Below are positions 27,907 through 37,907 of a DNA stretch of 61,583 nucleotides, piece by piece. The stretch is from an uncultured delta proteobacterium. GTDB lineage: Bacteria; Myxococcota_A; Polyangia; Polyangiales; Ga0077539. Position numbers and translations under genes: made by a program. The notes beneath the pieces were generated by a model. It searched no databases. It had not been told where the DNA came from and saw only the letters and a list, made by a program, of their open reading frames with translations. Each line of letters opens with the position of its first letter. Positions within the stretch are counted from its first letter, which is position 1. The stretch covers positions 1 through 61,583 of the forward strand of contig CAIMWA010000683.1 in the NCBI GenBank assembly GCA_903845045.1, read 5' to 3'.

Positions 27907-29303
27907 CCGTCGCGCGCGCTCTCGCGCTGTGGGCCCTCGTCGCAGGGTGCGCTCCGCACCCGCTTCCGCTGGGCATCGGCGAGGCCGCGCCGCCGGGGCA
28001 AAACCGCAACCCGCATCCGCTGCCCACGCCCGCGCCCGAGGAGCCTGCGCCGCCCCCGGGACACGAGCCGCAGGAGCCGCTGCCGGACCGCCTCGACCTC
28101 ACCGTCGTGGGCGACGACGCGGGCCCCGCGCCGGCCGATGCTTCGACGCCGAACGATCCCGCGCCCGCGGCCTCCACGACGACCGCCGCGACGACGACGA
28201 CGACCGCTCTCGGACCGGTGTGGGAGGACCCGTCGGGCACCCTCGGCGAGGCGCTCGCGGCGTTTCGCGCGCACGGCCGCCCGCTGCGCGTGGTGCAGCT
28301 CGGCGACTCGCACACCGAGGGCGACGCCTTCACCGGACCGCTGCGCCGACGCCTCTGGGAGCGCCTCGGCGACGGCGGCCGCGGCTTCGTCCCGGTGGTC
28401 GGCGCGCAGCAGGACGTCGTGCGGATGTTGCGTGGTCCGTGGCGCGTCGTGCGGAGCGGCCTGCACACGGCGGGCGCCCCCAACGGCCTCGGCCTCGCGC
28501 GCGCCATCGCGACGCTGCCCGACGCGATGCTGCACGTCGCCACCTGCACGCGCTGCCCCGGCGGCCGCACCGCCGACCGCATCACCGTGCTCTACCGCCC
28601 GCGCGAAGCCGGCGGATCGCTGCGCATCGCCATCGACGGACACCCACCCGAGACCGTCTCCACCCGCACCGGCGGGAGCTTCGTGCGCGACGTCGCCGAC
28701 GGTCCGCATGCGGTGACGGTGCAGCCTGCGGGCGACGGGGCCGTGGAGCTCTACGGCGTGGCCCTCGATCGCGCGGGCGACGGTGCGCGCCTCGACGCCG
28801 CCGGCGTCATCGGGGCCCAGGCCTCGCACCTGCGCGCCGAGGACTGGTCCGTGCTCGGTGCGCAGCTCGCCGCGCGGGCGCCGACGCTGGTGCTGCTCGC
28901 CTTCGGAACCAACGAAGCCTTCGCGCCGCACCGCGACGCCGCCGAGGACGCGGCCTCCTTCGCCGCCCTCGTGCAGCAGGTGCGCGCGGCGGTGCCCGAC
29001 GCGACGGTGGCCCTGCTCGGAGCGCCCGACGGTGAGCGTCGCACCCCTGGCGCCGCAGGGATCTTCGCGCCGCCTCCGCGCCTCTCGGCGGTCATCGACG
29101 CCACGCGCTCCACGGCCGCCGCGGAGCACGCGCTCTTCGTCGACCTGCGCTCGGTGATGGGCGGCCCCGGCACCATCGGCGCGTGGACCCTCGAGCGTCC
29201 GCCGGCCGCCGAGCCCGACCACGTGCACCTCACCCCTCGCGGCTACGCGCGCCTCGCCGCCCGCCTCGTCGAGGGCCTCCTCGGACCCCGTCCCGCGCCG
29301 TGA
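27903..29303 (+). CDS. SGNH/GDSL-family lipoprotein (second PatB-like)
   Basis: Lipobox VAGC; QLGDSH, FGTNE and DHVH motifs; GTGA coupling. Confidence 0.8.
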   Translation: MTVARALALWALVAGCAPHPLPLGIGEAAPPGQNRNPHPLPTPAPEEPAPPPGHEPQEPLPDRLDLTVVGDDAGPAPADASTPNDPAPAASTTTAATTTTTALGPVWEDPSGTLGEALAAFRAHGRPLRVVQLGDSHTEGDAFTGPLRRRLWERLGDGGRGFVPVVGAQQDVVRMLRGPWRVVRSGLHTAGAPNGLGLARAIATLPDAMLHVATCTRCPGGRTADRITVLYRPREAGGSLRIAIDGHPPETVSTRTGGSFVRDVADGPHAVTVQPAGDGAVELYGVALDRAGDGARLDAAGVIGAQASHLRAEDWSVLGAQLAARAPTLVLLAFGTNEAFAPHRDAAEDAASFAALVQQVRAAVPDATVALLGAPDGERRTPGAAGIFAPPPRLSAVIDATRSTAAAEHALFVDLRSVMGGPGTIGAWTLERPPAAEPDHVHLTPRGYARLAARLVEGLLGPRPAP

Positions 29304-31162
29304 GCTTCGCCGACGGAGCATTTCCGCTCTTCCTGTGGGCGGCGGTGATGGTCTGCGTGCTGCTGCGGCGCGGTGCTTCGAGCGCCTTCACGCGCGTCGT
29401 CGGAGCCCTCGGCGTGGGCCTCCTCGCGGACCTCGCGTGGATCGTCGCGCTGCGTCCGCATACACCCCTGCGTACTCCCTGGGGCCTCGCGCTGCAGCGC
29501 CTCGGAGGGCCGCTCGCGCACCCCGTCTCGTGGGCGTGGGCGCTCATCGGCGCCGCTCTCTTCGCCGTCGGCATCGTCGCTGGACTTCGCGCGCACCCGT
29601 CGCCGTCGGAAGGGTCCCTCGTCGCCCGCGCCCGCGCGCTGGGCTGGACCACGCTCGCCGCGGTGCTGCTCTTCGTCGTCGCCGCGCGCACCCATCACCT
29701 CGACGTCGTCGCGTCGGCCATCGCGCGCACGGCGCACTTCGGCTGGGTGGCGCTCTGGGGCTTCGCCTGGGGCGCCGCGCAGCGACCCGACGGACGCCGC
29801 AGCGCCCTGCAATTGGGGCTCTTCGCGCTGAGCGCGCTGTTCTACCAATCGTGGGCGGCGACGATGCCCGGGGCGTACCGCTTCCTGCTCGGCGTGATCG
29901 TCGCGACGGTGGTGCTCGACTACTGGCTCGCCCGCGCCATCGACGCGCGCACCGAGCCCGCCCCGCGCCGCGCCATGCTCGTCGTGTCGCTCGTCGCGAA
30001 CCTCGGCATCCTCGGGGTGTTCAAGTACGCCGACTTCGCGGGCGCGAACCTCTTCGCGCTGGGCCGCCTCGCGGGCCTCGACCGATCGTTCATCCCCTGG
30101 CGCCTGGTGCTGCCCGCGGGGATCTCGTTCCACACGTTCCAGTCGCTCTCTTACACCGTCGACGTGTACCGGCGCCGGCTGCGACCGACGGCGTCGCTGC
30201 GCGCCTTCGCGACCTTCGTGCTGTTCTTTCCGCAGCTCGTGGCGGGGCCCATCGTGCGCGCCGACGCGTTCCTGCCGCAGATCACCGAGCCGCCCGCCAT
30301 CGACGAGGCGCGCGCCGCCGCGGGGCTGTGGCGCATCGCGCTGGGCCTCGCGAAGAAGCTCTGGCTCGCCGACACCCTCGCGCTCACCCTCGTCGACCGC
30401 ACCTTCGCGAACCCCGCGCAGTTCTCGGCCCTCGAGAACCTCCTCGGCGCGTACGGCTACGCCTTCCAGATCTACCTGGATTTCTCGGCCTACAGCGACA
30501 TCGCCGTGGGCGCCGCGGCGCTGCTCGGCTTCACGCTTCCCGAGAACTTCGACGCGCCGTACCGCTCCCGGGACCTCGCCGAGTTCTGGCACCGCTGGCA
30601 CATCTCGCTCAGCACCTGGCTGCGCGACTACCTGTACATCCCCCTCGGCGGCAACCGCGACGGCGAGGCGCGCACGTACCGCAACCTCGCCCTCACCATG
30701 CTCCTCGGCGGCCTCTGGCACGGCGCGTCCTGGACCTTCGTCGTCTGGGGCCTGCTCCACGGCGTCGGCCTCGGCGTGACCCGCTTCCTCCAACGCCGTC
30801 GGCAGCGCCTTGGACACACCCCTTCGCGCGGCGCCGCGGCGCTCGGCACGGTGCTCACGTTCCACGCCGTGGTGGCGGCCTGGGTGTTCTTTCGCGCGCC
30901 CGATTTCGCGACGGCGCAGGCGGTCTTCGCGCAGCTCGGAACGCTCGGAACGGACGTCGCCAACGTGCCGCGATCGTTCGTCGTGGCGATCCTCGTGGCG
31001 GCGGCTGCGCACGCGGTGCCATCGGCGTGGGAGCGCCGGGCGACGGAGTCCTTCGTGCGGGCGCCGTGGTGGCTCCGCGCGGCGGTGCTCGTCGGGGCGG
31101 GCGCGGCGGTGCGGACGCTGGCGCGGCCGGCGGCGGTGCCGTTCATCTACTTCCAATTCTAG
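29300..31162 (+). CDS. MBOAT O-acyltransferase (AlgI/PatA/DltB family) with extra N-terminal membrane region
   Basis: LPAGISFHTFQSLSY, FFPQLVAGPI, DFSAYSDIA, FWHRWHISLSTWLRDYLYIPLGG and GGLWHGA motifs. Confidence 0.9.
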   Translation: MSFADGAFPLFLWAAVMVCVLLRRGASSAFTRVVGALGVGLLADLAWIVALRPHTPLRTPWGLALQRLGGPLAHPVSWAWALIGAALFAVGIVAGLRAHPSPSEGSLVARARALGWTTLAAVLLFVVAARTHHLDVVASAIARTAHFGWVALWGFAWGAAQRPDGRRSALQLGLFALSALFYQSWAATMPGAYRFLLGVIVATVVLDYWLARAIDARTEPAPRRAMLVVSLVANLGILGVFKYADFAGANLFALGRLAGLDRSFIPWRLVLPAGISFHTFQSLSYTVDVYRRRLRPTASLRAFATFVLFFPQLVAGPIVRADAFLPQITEPPAIDEARAAAGLWRIALGLAKKLWLADTLALTLVDRTFANPAQFSALENLLGAYGYAFQIYLDFSAYSDIAVGAAALLGFTLPENFDAPYRSRDLAEFWHRWHISLSTWLRDYLYIPLGGNRDGEARTYRNLALTMLLGGLWHGASWTFVVWGLLHGVGLGVTRFLQRRRQRLGHTPSRGAAALGTVLTFHAVVAAWVFFRAPDFATAQAVFAQLGTLGTDVANVPRSFVVAILVAAAAHAVPSAWERRATESFVRAPWWLRAAVLVGAGAAVRTLARPAAVPFIYFQF

Positions 31163-31295
31163 GCCCCGGGAGCGTGCGGCGGCCGTGTCCGGGGGGCCTC
31201 GACGGGGCCTGATTTGACGCCGCCGGGGTTCGCGCCTAAACGCACCCCGCGCGGCTTCGCGCGCGCTTTCAGCCTCTGCTCCGAGGAGTGCAACG

Positions 31296-32267
31296 ATGGG
31301 TCTTTCGCGCACAGTCTCGAACGCCGACCGCCTGCGGGCGGCGGGCCAGTACCTGCACAATCGCGTCACCGGACGGCCGACGTCGCTGACGCTCGAGATC
31401 ACCAAGCGGTGCAACGCCACCTGCGACTTCTGCCCCTACTGGGAGGCCGACGAGGTCGAGGAGGTCAAGGACTGGACCCCGGTGATCCGGTACTTCCAGC
31501 CGTTGCAGGTGAGCATCACCGGCGGCGAGACGCTGCTCCGCAAGGACATCGTCGACGTGGTGCGGCAGGTGAAGGACGTGCCGGGCTTCCGGTACATCGG
31601 TCTGTACACGAACGGCTGGCTGCTCACCGAGAAGCTCGTCGCCGAGCTGACCGAGGCGGGCGTCAACCAGATCCAGATCTCGTGCAACTACCCCGACGAG
31701 CGGCAGGACACCGAGCGCGGACTGCCGGGGCTCTGGAAGAAGCTGTCGACGTTCATCCCGGAGATGACGGCGAAGGGCTACGACAACCTCTCCATCGGCA
31801 CGTTCCTCTGCGCCGAGAACCTCGACTGCGTGGTGGACCTCGCGAAGGTCGTGAAGAGCTGGGGCTGCAAGCACTCGTTCAACAGCTACTCGCGGCTGAA
31901 GAACGACAACCAGGAGCACGTGCTGCCCGTCGAGATGATCTCCAAGTCGCGCAAGGTCATCGAGGAGCTCATCAAGATCAAGCACGAGAACCGCAACTCG
32001 CTCACGTCGGACCAGTACCTCCGTACGATCCCGACGTTCTTCGAGGACGGCCAGCGCCCCGGCTGCATCGCCGGCGACAAGTTCCTGTACGTGGACCAGC
32101 AGGGGTACGTGAAGCAGTGCCCGGAGCTGCCGCCCATCGCCCACATCTCGAACCTGGAGAACGTCGAGCGCCAGCCCGTGTCGTGCGGGATGTGCTGGTA
32201 CGCGTGCCGCGGCGAGCACCAGACGAAGATCGACTACGCGCGCGTGAAGGAGCTGGTCGAGTCATGA
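31296..32267 (+). CDS. Radical SAM protein with C-terminal Cys cluster (Twitch/SPASM-like)
   Basis: CNATCDFC (CxxxCxxC), TGGE, TNG; C-terminal C-x13-C and CGMCWYAC. Confidence 0.9.
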   Translation: MGLSRTVSNADRLRAAGQYLHNRVTGRPTSLTLEITKRCNATCDFCPYWEADEVEEVKDWTPVIRYFQPLQVSITGGETLLRKDIVDVVRQVKDVPGFRYIGLYTNGWLLTEKLVAELTEAGVNQIQISCNYPDERQDTERGLPGLWKKLSTFIPEMTAKGYDNLSIGTFLCAENLDCVVDLAKVVKSWGCKHSFNSYSRLKNDNQEHVLPVEMISKSRKVIEELIKIKHENRNSLTSDQYLRTIPTFFEDGQRPGCIAGDKFLYVDQQGYVKQCPELPPIAHISNLENVERQPVSCGMCWYACRGEHQTKIDYARVKELVES

Positions 32268-33028
32268 AGACCTGGGTCACGAAGTACGACGAGGAGCTGC
32301 TCGCGAAGAGCAAGGAGCTCGTGAAGGGCGCCGAGGAGAACCCCACGTCGCGGGAGCTCCTCGGCCGCTACGAGTTCTCCGCGGAGGAGCTCGAGCGCGG
32401 TCGCAAGCTCATCGCGAACGTCGAGAAGAGCTTCGAGTGGGAGCGCAGCGGGCGCGCGTACAACTTCCTCTCGACGACGCCGGAGAAGCGCGTCGCCGAG
32501 GCGAAGCACTGGTACGCCGACACGCGCCGCCGCTGGGTGCGCGAGGCGTTCCGCCACGCCGAGGAGGACTCGGGCTGGGTGGGCTTTCGCCCCTCGTCGC
32601 AGTGGTCCCTCGAGCGCAAGCTCACCGAGGGCACCCGCATCGCCGTGAAGCACGCCGCGCGCGCGTTCAGCGTGAGCGCGTTCCTGGAGCACCGCGCGAA
32701 CCTCAAGCGCGACCTCGCCCTCGCGCTGCAGGACAAGCCCGCCGACGCCCCGCCGCCGAAGGACACGGCGCTCGTGGAGCTCGCGGGCTGGTACGAGCGG
32801 TGGCGCCTGCTGGTGCAGCGCGTGTTCCGCCAGCGCCCGGACCTCATGGCCCCCTTCGGGCTCACGCCCGGCAAGGCCCCGCCGCGGCTTCGTGGCAAGG
32901 GCGCGCAGAAGTACGGCGAGCGCGCCGCGGGATCGCTCCCGGTGCTGCAGACCAACGGCTGCGAGACGCACGTTGCCGACGAAGCCGACGACGACGACGA
33001 CGCGACCGCCGACGCCTCGGCGAACTGA
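32264..33028 (+). CDS. Hypothetical helical protein coupled to the radical SAM gene
   Basis: ATGA overlap; coding-like codon usage; acidic tail. No family recognised. Confidence 0.75.
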   Translation: MKTWVTKYDEELLAKSKELVKGAEENPTSRELLGRYEFSAEELERGRKLIANVEKSFEWERSGRAYNFLSTTPEKRVAEAKHWYADTRRRWVREAFRHAEEDSGWVGFRPSSQWSLERKLTEGTRIAVKHAARAFSVSAFLEHRANLKRDLALALQDKPADAPPPKDTALVELAGWYERWRLLVQRVFRQRPDLMAPFGLTPGKAPPRLRGKGAQKYGERAAGSLPVLQTNGCETHVADEADDDDDATADASAN

Positions 33029-33032
33029 CCCC

Positions 33033-34046
33033 GTGACCACCGCGCCCGACGCCGATCGCCCGGCGCTGCCGGGATGGCGAAAGCTCGCGCTGCGGGCGTC
33101 CCTCGGGCTCGTCGGCGGCGTGGCGGTGGCGGTGCTCGCCGGCTGGGCGCTGGGCGTGCATCCGCGCGAGGTGCTGCGCTCCCTCGAGGGCGTGCCGGCG
33201 TGGAGCGTGCTGTTCTGCGTGCTCTCGTCGTACGGGGTGCTGGGGTTCCAGGCGCTGCGGTGGCATCGCGTGATGGGGCCGCGGCTGGGGCTGAGCTACG
33301 CCGACGCGCTGCAGGCGCAGGTGGTGGGGTTCTTCTTCAACGCGTTCCTGCCGGCGCGCGGAGGCGACCTGCTGCGGGTGCAGTACCTCGGGCGGCGCAC
33401 CGGCAAGAGCCGCGCGACGATCCTCGGCACCGAGCTCGTGGACCGCTGGCTGGACTGGTGGGGCTGGATCCCGACGTTCATCGTGATGGCGCTGCTGAGC
33501 GACCCGCCGCGGTGGCTCTTCAAGGCCCTCGGCATCTTCGGCGCGCTGCTCGTCGCCTGGGGTCTCGCGATGGTGGTGCTCACCCGCAGCGGGCGCCTGG
33601 GCCGCGAGGACACCCGCTTCGGGCGCGCGATGACGGCGCTGCGCTCGGGCGTGCAGTCGTTCCGCGAGCCGCGCATCTGGGTGACGGCGCTCGTCATCGC
33701 GCCGCTGCCGTGGGTCTGGGAGGCGACGGCGATCACCATCGCGGGCCGCGCCTTCGGGCTGCACCTGTCGCTGGTGCAGTCGTTCAGCGTGATGATCGCG
33801 TTCAACCTCGCGATGATCGTCCCCACGCCGGGCGGCGTCGGGAGCCAGGAGTCGGGCGGCACCGCGGCGCTGGCCTTCTTCGGCTTCGACCACAGCCGCT
33901 CCCTCGCCTTCCTCTTCGTGTACCACTTCACGCAGCTGCTGCCGGGCATGGCGACGGGCGCGGCGCTGCTGCTCGCGCAGGGCGAGGTGCTCTTCGGCCG
34001 CGGACCGTCGGACACCGTGACGCCACCGCCCGCTCCCGAGCCCTGA
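33033..34046 (+). CDS. Lysylphosphatidylglycerol-synthase-TM / flippase-like membrane protein (UPF0104-like)
   Basis: 'LRWHRV', 'FFNAFLPARGGDLLR', 'VPTPGGVGSQE' motifs; about 8 TM. Confidence 0.8.
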   Translation: MTTAPDADRPALPGWRKLALRASLGLVGGVAVAVLAGWALGVHPREVLRSLEGVPAWSVLFCVLSSYGVLGFQALRWHRVMGPRLGLSYADALQAQVVGFFFNAFLPARGGDLLRVQYLGRRTGKSRATILGTELVDRWLDWWGWIPTFIVMALLSDPPRWLFKALGIFGALLVAWGLAMVVLTRSGRLGREDTRFGRAMTALRSGVQSFREPRIWVTALVIAPLPWVWEATAITIAGRAFGLHLSLVQSFSVMIAFNLAMIVPTPGGVGSQESGGTAALAFFGFDHSRSLAFLFVYHFTQLLPGMATGAALLLAQGEVLFGRGPSDTVTPPPAPEP

Positions 34047-34110
34047 ACCCCGCGCGTTGGCGCGCCGTGGCACAGATTTCCAGGCACACCCGTTGCTCCA
34101 GCCCGGGACC

Positions 34111-35040
34111 ATGGAAGCTCCCGCATCGCTCCGTCGCATGGTGTTCGTGGTTCTCGTCGGGACGGGCTGCGGCGCGTCGGTGTCCGTGGGCGGCCCCGAT
34201 GCGTCGGTGACCCCCGACGTGCCCTTGGCGACGGACGTTCCCGTACGCCCCGACGTCCCCGTGGCGACCGATGTGCCGGTTGCGCGCGACGTGCCCGTGG
34301 TGTCGTCCGATGCGCCTGCGACGTGCGACTGGGGCACGGCGTCGACGGTGCGCATCGCGCTGAGCGGTCCCGGGACGACGACGTACGACTGCTCGGGCCT
34401 GCCGGGCGGACCGGCGATGCCCCCGGCCGCGCTGCTCGATCGCCACGCCGCGGTCACGGCGGTCGTCGACGATGCCACGGGCAGCACCGTGTCGCTCGAC
34501 TTCTGCAGCCCCGCGGCGGACTGCATCGCGATGCCGGGCACGCTGCGCATCCAGGCCCGCGGCTTCACCCTCGGCGGCGGACCGCTCGCGCTGCGGCCAG
34601 GGCAGTTCCTTCGCATCCGGTCGCGGGTGCAGTGGTCCTTCGCGTGCTCGATGCAGGTCGAGGTGTCGAACGCGCCCACCTGGGACGGGGCCCCGAACCC
34701 GGTGCGCACCGACGCGTCGCTGCTGGCGGCGGCGTCGAGCGGCGAGGGCCACGCGCTCCCGTCGGCGCCCTTCGAGGTGGACCGCGCGCACATCGGCTGC
34801 GCCGAGCCCGGCCCGACGTGCAGCTCGGACCCGCGGGAACTCTACGCCCTGTCGTTCCAGGGGCACTGCAACACCTGCCTGCGCGACCCCGACCCGGTGA
34901 TCGTGCGTCAGGGCGGCGACGGTCTCATCGAGGCGGGCGGCCACCGCTACACGGCAACGAACCTCGAGTCGTACTCGTCGGGCTACTGCGACGACTACTG
35001 GAGCTGGGCGTGGACGGTGCGCGAGGCCTACCTCGACTGA
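34111..35040 (+). CDS. Cys-containing lipoprotein with DV/DA-rich linker
   Basis: GTGC lipobox-like, repeated TDVPV linker, about 10 Cys. Start may be 34138. Confidence 0.65.
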   Translation: MEAPASLRRMVFVVLVGTGCGASVSVGGPDASVTPDVPLATDVPVRPDVPVATDVPVARDVPVVSSDAPATCDWGTASTVRIALSGPGTTTYDCSGLPGGPAMPPAALLDRHAAVTAVVDDATGSTVSLDFCSPAADCIAMPGTLRIQARGFTLGGGPLALRPGQFLRIRSRVQWSFACSMQVEVSNAPTWDGAPNPVRTDASLLAAASSGEGHALPSAPFEVDRAHIGCAEPGPTCSSDPRELYALSFQGHCNTCLRDPDPVIVRQGGDGLIEAGGHRYTATNLESYSSGYCDDYWSWAWTVREAYLD

Positions 35041-35041
35041 T

Positions 35042-35319
35042 GCACCCGGGGACACAGTTACGTTGTTGCATTCAGCGCTGCGGCGCGACGAAACGCCGAT
35101 AGGCACCCGGGGACACAGTTACGTTGTTGCATTCAGCGCTGCGGCGCGACGAAACGCTGCAATTGCCGGGGATTCGGATGCGGCCGGCGCCAAGGGCAAC
35201 AAGGTAACTGTATCCCCGTTCACCTCGGGTGCCGACGACGACCGCGGCAGAAAGCTAGCTGTGTCCCCGTACGCATCCCCGTACGCACCGGCTGGATGCA
35301 ACAACGTAACTGTGTCCCC
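35042..35319. repeat. GGGGAC-23mer repeat locus B (+35048, +35109, -35195, -35246, -35297) with a 55-bp exact tandem duplication
   Basis: 35042-35096 is identical to 35103-35157 (61-bp period); three reverse copies have 3, 6 and 0 mismatches. Confidence 0.95.
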
Positions 35320-35373
35320 ATGGATGCAGGCCCTTGAACGGGCGCCCGCCGTCGTGGGATGCCTCCGGGCACC

Positions 35374-35679
35374 ATGAAGCGAGAGAAGCACCTCACCCGT
35401 CGCGAGCGTCAGGCCCTCAACGGAGGCCCCCGCGGCCCGAACCCGTCGGCGCGGAGCAGCACGCTCCAGCCCGGGGCGCACATCCACTGCGTCGCCTGCG
35501 GAAAGCACCTGCACACCGTCGGCGAAGCCGAGACCGGACCGCGAACGTGGAGCGACGTGAAGTGCGCCCATGGGAGCGTGTTCCAGGCATGCACGAGCTG
35601 CGTCGGGCAGGCTCGGGTGCTCCTCGACGACCACGACCGCACCGGCCAGGCCGTGCGCGCCGCCGCCGCCTGGCACTGA
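35374..35679 (+). CDS. Small putative zinc-binding protein
   Basis: Basic N-terminus; CVAC...CAH...CTSC...H arrangement. Confidence 0.7.
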   Translation: MKREKHLTRRERQALNGGPRGPNPSARSSTLQPGAHIHCVACGKHLHTVGEAETGPRTWSDVKCAHGSVFQACTSCVGQARVLLDDHDRTGQAVRAAAAWH

Positions 35680-35811
35680 AAAAGCGCTCCCCCTTTCTCC
35701 CTGATTGACGTATGCTTCTACGTAGTTCCGCCTCGCCGCGCTTCGCGCGAGCCCGATGGAGCACTTCGGACGATGGATGGTGTGCGATGCGCATGCTGAG
35801 GAGCGCAATCC

Positions 35812-37776
35812 TTGCGTGAGGCGAGCCGTGAGGGCGTGGCCTTCCTCGCGGGTCTTGCCGCGGCGTTGGTTCGTCACGGAGAGTTCGGCGGTGCGCCGTC
35901 GGTGCGGGCGAAGGCTCTCGGGCGTCTCTACAAGGACGTGGCTCGACAGCTTCGCGTGCAGCCCGAGGTGGTGCTGGCGCTGAAGCACGGCGAGGGCGGC
36001 GCCGGGCTCGTGCTGCACTTCGACGGGATTCCGCTGGGCACTGCGTTCGGACTCACCGAAGCGCTGCGAAAGCGCGACGTGCTCGTGCTCGCCCTGCGCC
36101 GCGGGCTCACCGAAGAGGACTTCGCCGCCGCGGTGGACCTGCTCGCCGCGAAGCCCACCGAGGACGCTTCGTCGAAGGACGGCGTGGTGCTCGCCGACGC
36201 CATGAGCGCGCGGGCCTCGCGCGGGGTGCTGGTCATCGTGGGGCGCGATGCCGGCGACGATCCCGCGGTGACGTGGGAGACGCGCGTGGCGCAGGGGCGC
36301 TTCGTGCGCGAGGTGCGCCTCGCCGTGCGCGAGGGGCGTTGGTCGCCGCCTTGGGACAAGCTGCGCGACGAGATGCTCGCCGAGGCCCTGCAGCCCCTCG
36401 GGACCGCGCCGGAGATGGTGCGGCAGTTCCTTTTGGCCGCGGCCGAGGCGCCGCCGCTGCCCGAGGGCGACGTCGACACCGCGCGCGTGCCGCTGCTGAA
36501 CATCATCGTGCCCGGCATCGCTCCGACGGTGCTTCTGGCCGTGTGCCGCAGCCTCCTCGGGAGCGGCTCCGTGGCCCGCGGCGGCGCGACGTGGAAGGCG
36601 CTCGTCGTGGCGGGGCGTCGCGTGCTCGGCTTCGAAGCCACCGCCGAGCGCGATCGCGTGCTGCGGCGTCTCTGTGCCGTCGGCGCGCTCCCCCTCGAGG
36701 CCCTTCCGCCGGACGTGCAGGAGTGGGTGCACGCCGAGCGCTGGGTCGACCAGCTCATCACCGACCGCGACTCGGCGACGCCGAACTCGCCGAACGAGCC
36801 CGGGGTGCTCCGCAAGTCCGTGCGCCACGCCCTCGGCTCGCGCCGCTACCTCCTCGCACGGCTGGCCGCGGATCGCTTGCGGCGGTCGTTCCCCGACGAG
36901 ACGGCGCCGATCTTCGACCCCGAGACCTTCGAGCCCGTGGTGGCCGACTTTCCCGACGACGACGAGCGCCGCCAGCAGCTTCTCGACGTCATGACCGACG
37001 CCGGCGACGAGGCCTTCGACGCCCTCACGACGCTCGCTGCGCGGGGCACCGGACGGGTCTCCGACGACGCCGGACGCGCGCTGGGACGCCTTGGTGCGCC
37101 CGGCATCGCGGCGGCGCTGCGCGAGCTGCACAAGGGCGTCGAGTCCGAGGGCGGCGCGGCGGCGCTGCTGCTCTGCGTCGAGCCCGCGGCGGAGCCCGGC
37201 ATGACGCCGATGCTGCTCAAGTACGCGAAGCACCCGGGCCCCAAGGTGCGCTGCGCGGCGCTGAGCCTGCTCGTCGCGGCCAACCCCGCCACCGCCGAGG
37301 AGCCCGTGGGCAAGGCCGGCCATGACCACGCGCCGAGCGTGCGCGCGCGGGCGTTCCTGCTGTGCGCCATCGCGAAGGTGGCGCGGGAGAAGCTCGTTCC
37401 GTTGGCGCTCGACATGGTCGCGAGCAACGCATCGAAGGCCGACGTCGAGGTCATGAAGGCCGCCATCGAGGTCGCCGGCGCCGTGGCCTCGGAGGGCGGC
37501 GACAAGGCCCCGAAGGCCGAAGACGCGCTCTGCGTGCTCCTCACCCCGGTGGGGTGGTTCGGGCGCATGACGGGCCGCGATCGCATCCCCGTGGACGTGC
37601 TCTTCGCCGCCGCCGGAGCCCTCGCCCGACTGACCACGCCGAAGGCCGAGAAGACCCTCGCCGCCCTCGAGCGCGACGGCGACCCCGAGGTCGCCCGCAT
37701 CTGCCGCGAAGGACGCATCGCCTCCCGGGCGCGCCGCAGCTCCCAGCCCGTGCAGTCGACGCCGGGATTGCGCTGA
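35812..37776 (+). CDS. HEAT/alpha-solenoid repeat protein, paralog 1
   Basis: HEAT-like 'VRCAALSLL', 'PSVRARAF', 'DGDPEVARI'; colinear with the next gene. Start (TTG) uncertain. Confidence 0.7.
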   Translation: MREASREGVAFLAGLAAALVRHGEFGGAPSVRAKALGRLYKDVARQLRVQPEVVLALKHGEGGAGLVLHFDGIPLGTAFGLTEALRKRDVLVLALRRGLTEEDFAAAVDLLAAKPTEDASSKDGVVLADAMSARASRGVLVIVGRDAGDDPAVTWETRVAQGRFVREVRLAVREGRWSPPWDKLRDEMLAEALQPLGTAPEMVRQFLLAAAEAPPLPEGDVDTARVPLLNIIVPGIAPTVLLAVCRSLLGSGSVARGGATWKALVVAGRRVLGFEATAERDRVLRRLCAVGALPLEALPPDVQEWVHAERWVDQLITDRDSATPNSPNEPGVLRKSVRHALGSRRYLLARLAADRLRRSFPDETAPIFDPETFEPVVADFPDDDERRQQLLDVMTDAGDEAFDALTTLAARGTGRVSDDAGRALGRLGAPGIAAALRELHKGVESEGGAAALLLCVEPAAEPGMTPMLLKYAKHPGPKVRCAALSLLVAANPATAEEPVGKAGHDHAPSVRARAFLLCAIAKVAREKLVPLALDMVASNASKADVEVMKAAIEVAGAVASEGGDKAPKAEDALCVLLTPVGWFGRMTGRDRIPVDVLFAAAGALARLTTPKAEKTLAALERDGDPEVARICREGRIASRARRSSQPVQSTPGLR

Positions 37777-37907
37777 TCGCGCACCGCTCGCCTTTTTTCC
37801 AGTCTCCCACGCGGGTGCAATCGCTGCGTCTGGCTCAAGGCCGCCGTGTCCGTCGCCATTGGGAGCGGCATGGAGCGGTGTTCCAAGCGGCAACCAAGGC
37901 GGGCGCG

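Noticed and set aside
34068-34082. Sigma54 promoter TGGCACAGATTTCCA upstream of the lipoprotein
   Set aside because: The -12 GC is absent.
35042-35319. CRISPR array interpretation of the direct repeats
   Set aside because: Only two tandem units with identical 'spacers', mixed orientations, dispersed loci and no cas genes.
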